From NCBI RefSeq assembly GCF_018350175.1, contig NC_058368.1, positions 72,356,001 to 72,420,000 of the forward strand: a DNA stretch of 64,000 bases. Reading direction: 5' to 3'. The stretch is from Felis catus. Its lineage: Eukaryota. Positions 49,911 through 63,420 of the stretch are shown here, piece by piece (the stretch's first letter is position 1; every line of letters starts with the position of its first letter). Made by a program: the position numbers and the translations under genes. The notes beneath the pieces were generated by a model, which searched no databases, had not been told where the DNA came from, and saw nothing but the letters and a program-made list of their open reading frames with translations.

Positions 49911-51409
49911 ACAACTAGTGGTTTTTAAATAAAGGGCCATTTGAATTCTCTTCCTTACTGGGTAAAAATGGAGCTCCTGCCATTTGATATTTTTCCCACT
50001 GTCCAATGATTTGATAAAGGATGGTGAACCTAATGAAGGCTGGGAAACTTTAAGAAGATGCCGAGTTTCACCTCCTTTTTGGGAAAAACAACCAAAAAAC
50101 CAAAACTTTAAGCTATATCCCATTTAATCATTTGACTACGCCTTGTGTCATATGCTCTGTCATGATTCTTGACGCTGCAGTCAGTTGTGTTTGGAGAGTG
50201 ACTAAAACTTCCATTTTGCGTTCGTTTATGTAGTGTGGAGTGGTTCTGACGTGGGTGGGGATGTGACGTCAGCCGCCCTCCTCTGTCCAGGACAGGCTTC
50301 AACTGCACAGCACTCTCGCTGAGTGATATGTGAGCTGGGTCTTCATCACCTACTTCTCCTGCCAATATATTTTCCACTTCTGTCCTCTTAGTCACTTGAA
50401 GATTTATACTACATGCCTGATGGCAAAATGTCCTTGCACCTGGGGGACAGAAACCCGTAGAACATCGATCTCATCTTCTTCCTTTGACACAAGTCCATTA
50501 GCGTCATCTGTCTTGAGGACAATCCCGGCTCAGAGCCTATCTGATTTTACTTCTTTGGGGACCTTTCAAAATTTCAAGGTTATAGAAAAATTGGCTTTGT
50601 GTGAAGCATGTTGCCATCTGTTGCTGGTTTCTAATCTCAGATCCATTTAAGAGATTTGCCAGGCTCGATTTATATAGATGTTTTAACTAATTATGTTTCT
50701 TTCTATTTAACCCAAGAGCACATATTTAGATTTGTCTTTTCAGTATCATTTACCTAGATATCTCACCATTCAGCTCTTTTGGGAGGGGGGATGCAGTGTT
50801 TATGTGCCATTTGTGGTGAGAAGATGTAACATACAACCTGTGTGTATTTGGTAGTTATAAAATAAGAATGCACATGAATAGAGAGCCAGAAAGAAAACAG
50901 GGGATTTAGAGATTCCTCTTTCGTTTTGTTTGGCTTGTTCTGTTTCAAATGAGAAAATTGAAACCCAGAGATCTTATGTGGCTTCCCATCAAAGTCTCAC
51001 ATGAAGTTTGCCTTCAATTTCTAAATCAGCTATAGCACTGAAGTGTTGGTGACCGTTCATTTATTCCTCAAATTTTGCTTTATTCCTTGATGTATAAGTG
51101 ATTATTTAAAAAGTTATGAACATTATTTTTTAGTAAAGATATGAGAGGGGCCAAAATATAATGCTGTAGTCAGAATGTATAACTATGTAATTATGTAACT
51201 GTATAACCATATAACTATATAACTATAACTCTCCATATTCACATCTCTATATAGATATACACATGCCTCTATACAAATAAATATATTTACGTTTGTATTT
51301 TGCTTTGTGTTATTATATTATATATGCTTCATATATACTGTCCCACATACAAAGTTCTAACCTTAGAGCCAAACAAAACAAAACAAAACAAAACGAAACA
51401 CAACAAAAA

Positions 51410-51800
51410 ACCACCTCTCTTCTGGGAATTTATCCTAAGGAAGTAATCCAGAGGAGGGAAAATGCTGATACATGAAGACACTTAATGAATCGATGCCTAT
51501 AATAGTGAAAGTTGTAGGCAAATTGTTTATCCAATAATATAAAATAAATTATAGCACATTACCTTAGTGTGATAATTTATAGTCATTAAAATGATATGTG
51601 TAAGGTTTTGTATGTGTACATATGAAATCAAGTTTAAAAAACTCAAACCACTATTGTAAATCCACTCTGCTCTCAACTATAGGAAAGGTATGTATGCATA
51701 CATACAAACGTAGAAAGTTCTGTGAAACACTAACCGGATGGGGTTGGTCAAATTATAAGTGGCTTCTTGCTACTTTTAAATTTTTCTGCAACTTAATATT
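51410..51800 (+). mobile_element. Old L1M 3' remnant
   Basis: cttctgggaatttatcctaaggaa.taatc...taaattatagcacat. Confidence 0.7.
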
Positions 51801-53760
51801 GGTTTATAATGAAGCACGATTACAACAGTATGATGCGTACCCTCAAGAAATGGGAACATGTTCGTTGGAGAGGGATAACAATGACAGAAGACAAGTGCTA
51901 TACTTCTCTAGCATCCATGACAACATTCCTAGCTGGTCAGGGAGGGTTTTGAACCCTCAGTTGAGGCTTTGGGTCCATAAATTGATCAAGGAAGCATGGA
52001 AGGTTCTGACTATTTTAAATTCTCAACTATATATTTCAAATATATTAAGTTTTTAGGAAGATTGTTGACTTTAAAGGGACTCCAAAATATATAAGTAGCA
52101 GGAATGATGGCTGAGATAAAACCCCCTGCTGGTGTCCATTCCCTAGAGGTGTGTGATATTGAAGTGATGGTCCTGGTGGGGACTGAGTAAACTATCGGCA
52201 TCACCGTGGAATAGCCCACATTTGTTTCTAGTCCCCACACAGGTAATGCCCTACATCTATGCTCAGAGAGGTGAGTACCAGAGGGAAGATCTTTTTCAAG
52301 CAAATGACTTTTAGTACTTCTCACATCAGGGAGGTGGAAAAGGCTTAGAAGGGTCTTTACTTGGAGTTACCAGAGATTGTGGGATTTCATGGTCTCTTTT
52401 GGGACATGATTGGGAAGATTTCCTATTGGGGTAGTAAAACTTATATAGTTTCCATAACTGGCATAATTTTCCTTTATCTTTAGACAGTGACTCTAGGTAA
52501 AACGAATTCATTGAGCTAACGGTTAATATACTTTATCTTACAGTGTGTATTTTGTAACAGAGGAGGACATTTTCAAAAGCTTTATTTTTTTATGGTGTTT
52601 TTCTTAATGCTCTTTAATTTTCCCACCAGACTGTTTCCAGAACTTACCTACATGCATATACCCTTGCCCTAAATCTATTATTTCCCAGTTTGTATTACTC
52701 CAGAGTTACTATTTCTCCCAGAACATTTCTACTGGAATGATTTACTAATATCTGAAAATTAACGTGTTGGAGTCAGGGGTCAAAACCTATTTCTGTTGTG
52801 AAATAACAGTACTCATTATGAAATTACACACTCTCAACAAATCCCATTTGCTTCAAAGGTAGGGTGGTGGCCAACATGGGATGGATTTTAGGCTGGGGTT
52901 CCTTCTGCCTAAGCACTGCTATAGGAGCCAGCAAATCAGTTAACTTTTCACACTTCAAACTCCCTGCCTGGGAAAGGAGTGGCTTGACCTATGTGATGTC
53001 AAAAGCTTCTTCACGCTTAAAAATCGTGTTTCTATGATTTTAATATTGAACAATACACATAATTGTGCTTATGCTGCATGATAATTAGCCATGAATGATA
53101 ATCACCATGAATGGCGATGATTAGTTATAACCTACGGAGTGGAAATGTACTTTTACGTCTCTCTTTTTCTTATTTTATTGGGTTTTCCAATGTCAGTAAT
53201 CAGTGTCAGTGTCAATTTCCCTTGACATCTTACATCCTCAACTTCTTTCCCTCCATCGTTTTCTGAGTCTATGTTAGGCGGTCCTCTCCTATGCCCTTAC
53301 TCCCCTCCCATGAAGATACTTTAGTGGAAGCTTCCTGCCCTGTCCTGAACAAAGGTTTCCTTAAAAAACTGGAGAGGAACATGGAAGAATTAAGGAAACA
53401 GGATCTATGTAATGAGAGTGGACACTCTCGGGAAGTTGGAGCCTTGAGCATGTGGGTCACGTGGCCACAGGGGTCCAGAAAGCTGAGGCAGCCTGACAGA
53501 AGGTAACGACCATAGTAGGAAAGAGTCTGGAATCTGCCTTCCCAATGGGAGTTCTGATGCAGTGGGAAAAGAGAGGAAAACAGCCTTATAGGATAGAAGA
53601 ATCTAGGAGTGAGGCCATCAACAGTAAATTTACCTGACAAGATCATATTCATTATTATAACTAACATTAATTGGCCACCACAAAGATGCAGGGGACTAAG
53701 GTAAGTACGTTAAAGGATTATTTTATTTCTCACAGTATTTCTTTTAGGTAAAGTCTTTTT

Positions 53761-53976
53761 AAAAATTTTTTTTGATGTTTATTTATTTGAGGGAGAGAGA
53801 GACAGAGTGCAAGCAGGTGAGGTGCAGAGAGAGATAGGGAGACACAGAATCTGAAGCAGGATCCAGGCTCTGAGCTGTCAGCACAGAGACTGACTTGGGG
53901 TTCAAACGCACAAACCACGAGATCATGATCTGAGCCAAAGTTGGATGCCCACCCAACTGAGCCACCCAGGTGTCCC
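53761..53976 (-). mobile_element. Can-SINE (SINEC_Fc)
   Basis: TSD ttaggtaaagtcttttt. Confidence 0.95.
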
Positions 53977-56900
53977 TTAGGTAAAGTCTTTTTTAACTCC
54001 TAAATCATAGGTCAAGAATCTAGTGACTAGAGTGTTTAGGAAACTAAGTTATGGGCTCCTAGGTAGCAGGTGACAGAGCCAACTTTAGGAAATGCATGTT
54101 TCTGGCACAAGGAGAAGACAGTTTCTTTCCCCTTCTGCTTTCCTCACATTACCTACTCCATCCCCAAAGGGTATAACTGCCATGTCAATTTTTCCTAATG
54201 AGGTGGGCCAGAACCTTAAACCAGGAAGGCACTGAGACTCTGAAAGTTCTGTGTAGTTGAGAAAACTAGTCCTAGAGCGAAGCTGGAAATGAAAGAAAAG
54301 CTTTGATTCTGCTTGGTGCATTTTCAGTGAAATTGGCCACATGGAAGTCCTGTGCAAAGGTACTCTGTGTGCCACATGGCCGTGCCTTTGTCTTCCTGAG
54401 CTGGGAGCACACGATGTCCCTGTTTACCCTTGTGACCATGTAGCTCCCCTTAAGGGCAGTCCCTCGGATGATGACTGAGTGGTCTCTAGAGAAATTATCT
54501 GGAAATTGATTCTGATGTTAAGGAGTCCTTGAGAGAAATAGCGTTCCTCTCTTTTTTCAAAGTAATTCAGCTGAGATGGATTTTCCTTTCAGGCTGCTGC
54601 AAAATTCCACGCCATTGGCCCCAGAGATGAGGGTTCCTGATGTAGGGTTTAATACTTGGACAGTTTCAGTAGAGATGGGGGCAATTTTGATGCCAACCTC
54701 AGATTGGAATGTTTTTCCAACAGTAGCATCTGGTTCTGTTGTAGGATTTCTCATCCGTAAGGTTTTCCGTTTAGTCATACGATCTGGTACTGCTGATATT
54801 CACATCCTAATTAAATTTATCGGACCCATCGCTTAAAATTTTTGTTGTACTTCTTGTCATTTAGTACCAAAAGAAAAACGTTCTCTACCTGAGACCTCAT
54901 ATGACTTCTATTGGGAACGGTCTCCACTTTCAACTTAAATTTCCTTTGAAATTCCACTGGCTGGCCTTAGTTTCCACATGTGCTGATGAGAATTCTCTTG
55001 TATAAAGGTGGCATTATATTTGCTTTGCAGATGTAAGCGTGCTTTTTTTAAACGTCTCAAATAGGATGCATAGCCAAAACTGTTAAAATATGATGTAAAG
55101 TGTGTCTTAGGTGGAAATATAGGGTATATCTTTATATAAAGATAAACATTACAGCTATTCTTTTGCATATCATGTAAGACTTGTGAAATGCTTTACTACA
55201 TTGGTTTGCTTCCCCAGGACATTTGGGATGTGGTACTATTTGTGTTGGTTTATGTCTAGAGATCTGCAGTGAAGTATTCAGTGAGATACATTTAGGATTC
55301 AAGTAATTTGGTTCACTAAGAATTTAGGATTTTACAAAACTAAAGGAATTAATTAAGAAGAGGTGAAACATCATCCTCTTTAGAAATATACAGGTGATCT
55401 AAAATATTCATATGTGTACATGTCTGCATGGCTATGATATATGAGTCAGCTTTCTGAACAACCAATCCTACCTCCTTGAGCCCCAGATGGGGGTTCGCCT
55501 AGGTTCCCAAATGTCCATTGCTGGCTATGGCACCTTTGGTTCCTACTGTTTTCTTAACCCTCTCCCATGTCTTTACATCAGCAATTACACAGAGGCACCT
55601 GATGCAAAATTTATTGTACCAACAGCATAGATGGGACCATAATAAGTGCTTTACAGTGGAAGGCTGCCCAGTGTTTTTGTTTTGTTTTGTTTTGTTTTTT
55701 GTTTTATCTGGGGAAAGAAAGAAGACTGTTTACTAGCACTGAAATATTCTTCTCTTTATGTTCTTTATGTTCCTATTTTCCCCTTTGCTTTCATTATAGA
55801 ATGCTTTGACCAAATTTTGGAATTAAATCAGAGAGAACAAGGGCAGTCATCTAGAGTTGCCACTCCTGGCTTGGACAGGAGATTTCTCGTGTTGTCCCCA
55901 TCCCCTTAATGTGAATCATACATAAATGAACAGTCTTTGGTAGTTGATTTTTCTGCTTGTAATCAGATGCCCCCATAGGGATCATTAATGGATGATCCTA
56001 AAAAAAAACTCTGTGTGCTTGGAATTTTTCATAAGAGTGATTGCGGAAAAGAGAGGTGGATCAGGGTTTGGGTGTCTGTATTTTAATTTGCTTCTCAGAT
56101 GGAGCTTTGTGCCTGGTACACACTCCCACTTTCTGCTGTTTCAGCCATTGTCTCTGAGACCTCCTTCCCCTCACTTTGGCTATCCCAGTGACCTCCTTGT
56201 CACTACTCTCTACCCCTGATGCCATCTCTGGGCTACAGCAGCACCCAATTTCACTCAGCAGAAGTGACCCACTAGGCACTCAAATTCTCTGTGGTCTCTC
56301 AGGATATAACCAGTAGGATAAAGACAGTAGTAAATTCAAAATAGCCTTTATTTTATTTGTCATGGTTAGCATAATTTTTCACCATCGCCTGCAGGCTTGC
56401 ACTAACTAGCATAAAGTTCAATAAAATGTATCATGAAGTATCTCTTTATAAATTGTTTCCTTGAATAGTTATGAACAGAGCTCTTTGGATTCTTATTTAT
56501 AACAGTGTGTTTAATGTAGCGAATTTCCTGCTGACCAATATTGGAAATGAAAGTTTCACTTATAAGGATGCAATTAAATAAAACATTGCCAAGTTAAAAA
56601 TGTCACGTTGCTCTTTGTCAATCAGATTCATTATGCTGTATTATTATATTTGTATGAATCCTTTCTTCTAGGGACCTTAATGTTCCCTGAATATTAATTG
56701 CCACGAAATTCTTGTGAGGTTATTATTATTCCAGATTACATAAAATTTACAAATCATTTACTAATTAATCCTTCGGCATCTCTCACAAGTAGAGAGAACT
56801 CAAGCAGATTTACCCACTGGAAAAGGAGGTCCCCTTTCCAATGTTGAGTTAGACAGAACCTCCCCCACACTTACCTTTCATTTCAATCAGTTGTAGATGC

Positions 56901-58550
56901 AGAAGAGGCGTCCTGATGGGGAATAGCATTTTACAGTCTTAAACAGCTTTTTCCAAACAAATAATAATCAGAACTACTTGGGCACATGTATATAGGTTGT
57001 CTAAGAGAGGGATTTGAATAGACTCCAATATCTAGCCTGGAAATGCCTTAGAATTGTTTAAGATAAAAGCAAATAAAGCTTGGAATCCTACCCCAGGTCA
57101 TTACCCAGTTGAAATCCCTCACAATTTAACTTAATTGCTCTTCCTGCTTCCTTTAGACAGTAAGTTATTTTTAAACACCAAAGTGGTATATATCTCAGTG
57201 GTTATACTGTGATTATTACCAGGTGCCTCTGGTTCTGTTTCATGGAAGAGATGGAGTTTGGTTTGACTTGAGTTCACCTCTTGGCTCCTGCCATTTGGCT
57301 TGATGTCTTCAGCCTGTCCTGCCTCGCTTACATGGTAAGTCCTGGAATCTGTTCCAGGCAGGATTCAAGTAGCCTGGATCCGATTACTCTTCTGGAGGGA
57401 AAGTGGGTGAAACAGGGAGATGGTAGGAAGTCCTTCCAGAATGCCTGGTCTTTTGTGGCAGCCCAGCCTTCTGTAAACTCCTTCATGCATTTCTTTACTG
57501 AGCACTCACAGCAGGGGTTGACCATGGTGTAGTGAGTGGTCAGGCTGTCCCTGCCATCTACTGTTAGCCCTGCCAACCATACTTGGCCGCCTCACCCTCT
57601 GGATCTCAGGGTCCTGATGGATATGACTCTGTGGCATGCAGTGCCCTTCCATTCTTCTAGTGACTTAGTTTCTAGGCAGAACAAAGGAAGAGCTTTCCCA
57701 TTGGGAGTCCAGCTGTCTGACAGTGACAATCTCACTTGAAACACATTGATCTTAGGAGACTAAAATGGAATCTTGTGCAAAGACAAATGACAGATACTAC
57801 CCAGCAATAAAACCACATTGGTACGGAGAATCGTAACACCCCACAATGGCCCCTAAAGTCATTCCCCACTTAGTTTCTGGTTGAAAGATCTGTAAGTGCT
57901 GTATGTCCTTAGGCCCTACCTTCCAGTGGGATCAGTTCCATTCATAAAATATGTTGTACTGTTCACTGTTGGGTCTCCATGAGGTCAAGATTTCTCCAGG
58001 GTCTGTCCCATGGACAAGTTTTTGGACCAGTGGTCAGCAGACTGCAGCTCAAGGAAACGTATATTGCCTAATCAGCTTCCCAAAGTGGCTCATGATTTAA
58101 TTTTTGGAAATCCTTTATCATAAAGATGAAAAAACTGAGGACCTAGGATCACATATAAACCAGTTACATTCTGCTTACTCTGCATATATCCCTTTTCTCA
58201 AGGGCTCCAGTGATCTGCCTGAACAGAAAGGACTACTTGGATTAGTCCCATTAGTGGAATCAAGTGGATGAGGGCAAAATAAAGTGACATTGTGGACTGG
58301 GTCCCAAGAGGACACCTTAATGTAAGGATTGATTGGATTTCATAAGTACACACTTAAAAAAAATCGCTGCTCTTTGACAGATGGCCTTATGTAAAATAAG
58401 TACTTAAAGCTTTTAACAGTCTTTAATTTTTATGTAAATTAGTATTTTTATTCTCCAATTTAAAACATTGTGTTGTTAAATAAAACAAAGATTAAGAAAA
58501 TCACACAAAACCATGTATGACATAATGCGATATCAGAAGGTTCAACTCTT

Positions 58551-58795
58551 GGAGCATCCAGGTGGCTCAGGTGGTTAAGTGTCTGACTCTTGGTTTCAGC
58601 TTCGGTCATGATCTCACAGTTTGTGAGTTCAAGCCCTGTGTCAGGCTCTGTGCTGACAGCATGGAGCTTGCTTGGGACTCTCGCTCTCTCTCACTCTTGC
58701 TCTCTCTCTCTCTGGCCCTCCCCCATTCACTCTCTCTCTCTCTTTCTCAAAATAAGTAAACTTGAATTTTTTAAAAAAATAGTATAAAGTTAAAA
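58551..58795 (+). mobile_element. Can-SINE (SINEC)
   Basis: TSD agaaggttcaactctt 58535-58550 / 58796-58811. Confidence 0.95.
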
Positions 58796-61700
58796 AGAAG
58801 GTTCAACTCTTAGGCTAAAAAATTGAAGTCTGAAGCCACACCAGAAGCTATGTGCCCCATCCCAAATTTGACCTCATACTCTTGCTTCAAAAGTAATCAA
58901 TGTCTTAGTAGCCCATTCCTTCATTCATTTATTCATGATCTGGCAAGCATTTGTAGGGTACCTGGCATTCATCAGCTTTTTATCTTCCATTTGAAACATT
59001 TGGAATGGCATTTTAGGTTTCCAAGACGTAGTTGTAAATATATTTGATTCTCCTGACCTAGAAACTCCTTCTTAAGAACTGCTACTTATTATTCTGGCAT
59101 AGATAGGCTAGTTAATATATTTACTAATTAAATATATTTTTATTGGTAACTTTTAATATTCAGTGCCTTGTGTTGGCATTTATGAGAGACAAATATGAAT
59201 AAATCAATTTTTTTTCCCACAGTACTTATACTGTAAGGCCAGAAGACATAATGCAAAGGGAATGTTACTAGTAAAAATGTCACAGGCTTTTTTCCCCCCC
59301 AAATTCTCATATGCATGGTTATAGCATTTGAGACAGAAGGAAAAACAAAAATGATTTGGGATGTTTCTTTTCTCCACCAGCCATTCCCTGGGAGAGAAGA
59401 GAGAATGAGGTAAAATGAATTGGATTGTTCCTCAGTCTTTTTCCATTATACCTCTCCATCTACAGATTATATTCTTTAACAATTTCCTTCCTCTGATTTA
59501 AATGCAGTGCTCCTGGGAACTTATTTTATGTGTACCCAATAAAACAGCATTAATCTGATAGTAGTTTGTTCAAACTGGCACAAAATTTGCAGCAAGTGCT
59601 ATTTTCAATGTGCCAGATGTCATATTTGGTCAAAGAAATATGGGAGAGTCAATTTTAAAGTCTCTAGGGTTTGACTATATTGTAAAATTTAAGGAAGTAA
59701 AAATCAGGATACAGGCAGAAGGATCCAGAACACCAGAGGAAATAAAGTAGTGTTCTTAATGGAGCTAAGAGCACTTTTCCCCCCTAAATACGTGAACCCA
59801 CTATTTTTAGGACTTTGTAGTGAGGGTTGGGGGGTAGGCTTTCATCTGTATGACCACTTCAGACACTGGGATATAATAGCAATTTACCAGCTACCTGCTT
59901 CCCAGAAGGGGCTCTTGGACCTGTGAGAAAATGGTGACAGGAATTTGAGCTGAGAGTCTACCCTCAAGGAATGGGAAGTAATATTCTGAAATAATGAAGG
60001 GAAGTAAACCATGTTCCTACCATGGGGTCTGGGACCAAGAAAAAACTCAAAGTGAGTTGGGAACCCACCCTTTACCTGGATGGAGGGACCATGTCTATTC
60101 ATGATGAGCAGAGAGCATGTCTTTGAATGTGACACAGTTGGGCAGCTCTGAAATGACTTCTAACATGGCCCCAGGGGGATGCACCTCAAATTTACCAAAA
60201 TTTGAGGAACCACTAGAAACAGAGAACTGGTATCTTTTGGGGTGCTTAGTTCCTGGTGGGGAAAAGTCTTCCCTTAGCTTCTATAGCTAAAACCATGGGA
60301 AGGTGACCAATGACAGTGCTGAGACTTTTGCTGTTAAAGGTGACAGAATAGAGTCTTTGGGTATCAGAACAACCAGTAATTAAACAGCAGCACATGGTGG
60401 ATGGTCACTGGGAAGAGGGAGAAGTATTCAAGTCTGGCTTTCTGTAAATCTTGAACTTATTGTTCTAACCTTGATGGCCATCTTAGCCTCATGTGACATG
60501 GAAAAGCAAGGATTTTGTGAAGAAACTTAGATTGTAGCTAAAATATGGGCATGCCTTCAATCTTTAAAAGATACAGCCAATTAAAAAAATTTATTGTAAA
60601 AGAAAACATTTTTTGACGAATGTTGGAATAATCCTTAAAAATATTTTGCTTTATAAATATGTATTCCCAGGACAGCTGTCAAAAGCACTATGGTTAGGAT
60701 AGATCCATTAAAAAAATGAAAAGATCTATTTTTGTTATAAAACTTTTCATCCCTTCAGTACTTGACATGAGCTGCTGGAGACATAAAGCAGATGGAAAGG
60801 AATCATCGCTTCTCATAGAGTAAGTCAAATCTCAGTGAGGGGTTTGAACGTGACAGTCTGACTCCCAAGCCCAGTCTCTTAACTACTATTTTTATATTAA
60901 GTCTCAGGGTTGTTTCAAGATTAAATAAGGTAACAAGAGTGCGTTGTAATGTCATACACAAGTAAAATACCATGAACTAATAAAGTGAATGTTTTGTGCA
61001 TTTCCTTGAAAAGTATATTAAAGTATTCATCCAGAACATCAGACTGCTAATCACTAGTGTTTACAAATCAACATTTTCACAAATTTGTTTTAGAAATGCA
61101 AATCTCAGCATGTCCTGCATATACATTTTACGTGAGAGGAGAGTATTAACAAAACACTGAAATCACAAATGGTGCTTGATCATTCCACCTTTGCCAGAAG
61201 CCTCTTCTACCTATTTTGCAGGAAGAGAATTTGAAGAAGCCCAAGTGGTATATGGCAAATAAGAGCTGGCTGGCTGACTCATTGCTTTAACTTGTTTGGT
61301 ACGTGCTGCTCCTATCTTGTCTGTGTTTAAGGGGAAAATATACCCAGCACATTGCTCTAATGTGCACTTTGCTATACTTGTAGAAAATCACATATTCACA
61401 AAATGTCAAAGAAAAAACAGCATCACACAGCATTTTTGTACAATTAGGGATAATTCCACGTAAGTGGAAGAAGGTGAGGGCAAAACAGAACGTTCAGCGG
61501 GGCACCTCTCCATGCAGTGTTTAATACTGAGACATTCTGGGTTTCCATGCTGTGCCTTACGCTGTTACGAACTCGCAAGCCTGCCTACTTATTTATTATA
61601 AACATTCAGAGCTGAGACCTTCACAAAAGGCCACAATTAACAGTGAGTGCATTCACACAAAGAAAATGTATTTGAATGAGATGTCTCTACTGTTAGATAG

Positions 61701-61799
61701 ACTGTCGGTAGAATTGTCTAAAAGCGTATTTATACTTCCTTCCCCAGTCATTTGTCTTTGACAGTCAAGAACATGAAGATTCCTGTGGTGGAACCATGC

Positions 61800-62140
61800 A
61801 CATAAATGGCATTTTTATCAGTTTAGTGAATAATTTTTGAGTGCCTACTATGTACTAGGTGTGTATGTCTTTGAAGAGCTCATAGTCTAGCAGAAGATAT
61901 AAACAAGAGAACAGATGTTTAGGGTACAATGTGATGAAACATTTGAGAGAAAGAAATACTCTTTGGGCCTTGGGGACCTTATGTGAGTTGTAGCTAACTC
62001 TGCCTGGAGGATTTAGAGGAATAATAATGATTAAAATAATGCATATTAAAAATATTCTAATATCATTATTTTATTCAGTCTTTACTGAATGCTTTACTAT
62101 ATGTCAGGCACTTTATTTGGTGCTGGAAACACACTGGTGA
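61800..62140 (-). mobile_element. L2 remnants
   Basis: ttgagtgcctactatgtactagg...gagctcatagtctag; ttactgaatgc..actatatgtcaggcact. Confidence 0.7.
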
Positions 62141-62144
62141 CAAA

Positions 62145-62572
62145 TGTAACAGTGTCAAGAATGGAAAGGACCTGAGGTTTTTGCTTCCTTGAAAGTTAAC
62201 AAGTTAGCCTGGCAGTGTCATGGGTGCTGACAGAAGATAGGAGTTTCCTGGGTCTGAGACAAAGGATTTTTTTTTAATAAGAAATTTATTGTCAAATTGG
62301 TTTCCATACAATACCCAGTGCTCATCCCAAAAGGTGCCCTCCTCAATACCCATCATCCACCCTCCCCTCCCTCCCATCCCCCATCAACCCTCAGTCTGTT
62401 CTCAGTTTTTAAGAGTCTCTTATGCTTGAGACAAAAGATTTTTATTATTACTCGTGTCAAAGCAGGCAGGCATAAATTCCATGTTGATATAAGTTCCTCT
62501 TGCTCCCCAGATCTTATGGGGAATTGTAGTGTGGGTCCAGGTTGATACTGAGCACGCTCAAGTATGAATTCA
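62145..62572. mobile_element. Old ERV LTR fragment (ERVL-type, family uncertain) interrupted by the L1 piece
   Basis: tgtaacag start; aacaagttagcctg..cagaaga..cctgggtc.gagacaaagga resembles recalled eutherian LTR consensus. Confidence 0.6.
62272..62426 (-). mobile_element. 5'-truncated feline LINE-1 3' end (about 155 bp)
   Basis: aaatttattgtcaaattggtttccatacaa..cccagtgctcatccc matches the recalled cat L1 3' terminus; TSD tgagacaaa(g/a)gattttt. Confidence 0.88.
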
Positions 62573-63216
62573 GTATTTTCTGCTTCCTAAGTAAATCCTA
62601 TGAATTTATACTTTATCTCAAAATTACTTGTTACATTGAAATATTCAAATTGCGTTACCACTGAATTACTGTATAGCTCTTTATTACCAGTAAAAATGTT
62701 TTGATCTGCATTTACTTTTTTCTTTTCAACAATAATTTTATTTCATATGATCTTAGTTGTTTTTTCATCATAAATATCTGAGTCTTACTTTTCCTTTGGT
62801 TAGATTTTAAATAACATGTTATTGAACGTATTGATAAATTTTACTAACTTTAACCAACTTATTTTCTTTCTATTTATATTTTCTTCTGCTTTTATTAAGC
62901 CTTTGTGTTATCTTTTTATTTTTAAATTCAGAGCTTAGTTGTTTTCTATTCTTTTAATTCATAATTGTTTAACACCACGGATCTCATTGTATACTGATTT
63001 GTTAGCATGTATATTAGGCCACAAGGTTTATATAAAACATCTTGCAGACATTTATGTACTCAAATAGAGACATATAAACCTCTGAGTGCTTAGAATGACA
63101 TTTCTATCCTGCCTTTTGCCCTGATGAGTAGGCTTTTGTGTTCAGGGAAATGGCCTGTTTCTTTGGATATAATAAATTGAAAAATATGTACCGAGTGAAA
63201 TAAATTTATTTTTGTA

Positions 63217-63318
63217 CAGATCTTCCTCAACTTATGATGGAGTTACGTCCTGGTAAATCCATCATAAGTTGAAAATTCATTTAATACCAAACATCATAGC
63301 TGAGCCTGGCCTACCTCA
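63217..63318 (+). mobile_element. TcMar-Tigger MITE end (MER82-like)
   Basis: TA|cagat..tcctcaacttatgatgg.gttacgtcc...catcataagttgaaaa...aacatcatagct.agcct.gcctacct. Confidence 0.75.
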
Positions 63319-63319
63319 C

Positions 63320-63420
63320 AGCAGACAGGCATAAATTTCAGTTTCTCTTGCTCCCCAGATCTTATGTGGAATTGCAGTGTAAGTCCAGGTTGATGCTGAG
63401 CACACACAACTATGAATTCA
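63320..63420 (+). repeat. Diverged copy of 62461-62572 inserted between duplicated transposon segments
   Basis: Shared caggcataaatt..ctcttgctccccagatcttatg..gtccaggttgat.ctgagcac..tatgaattca. Confidence 0.9.

Noticed and set aside
54557..54836. Overlapping 73-86 aa ORFs as a processed pseudogene
   Set aside because: No recognisable homology, poly-A or TSD; a tblastx search would be needed.
141..58787. Recurring short ORFs such as MAQSVK..AQVMIS..LTAQSLEPASDSVSPSLS
   Set aside because: Translations of Can-SINE copies, not a protein family; the SINE heads are also not functional tRNA genes.
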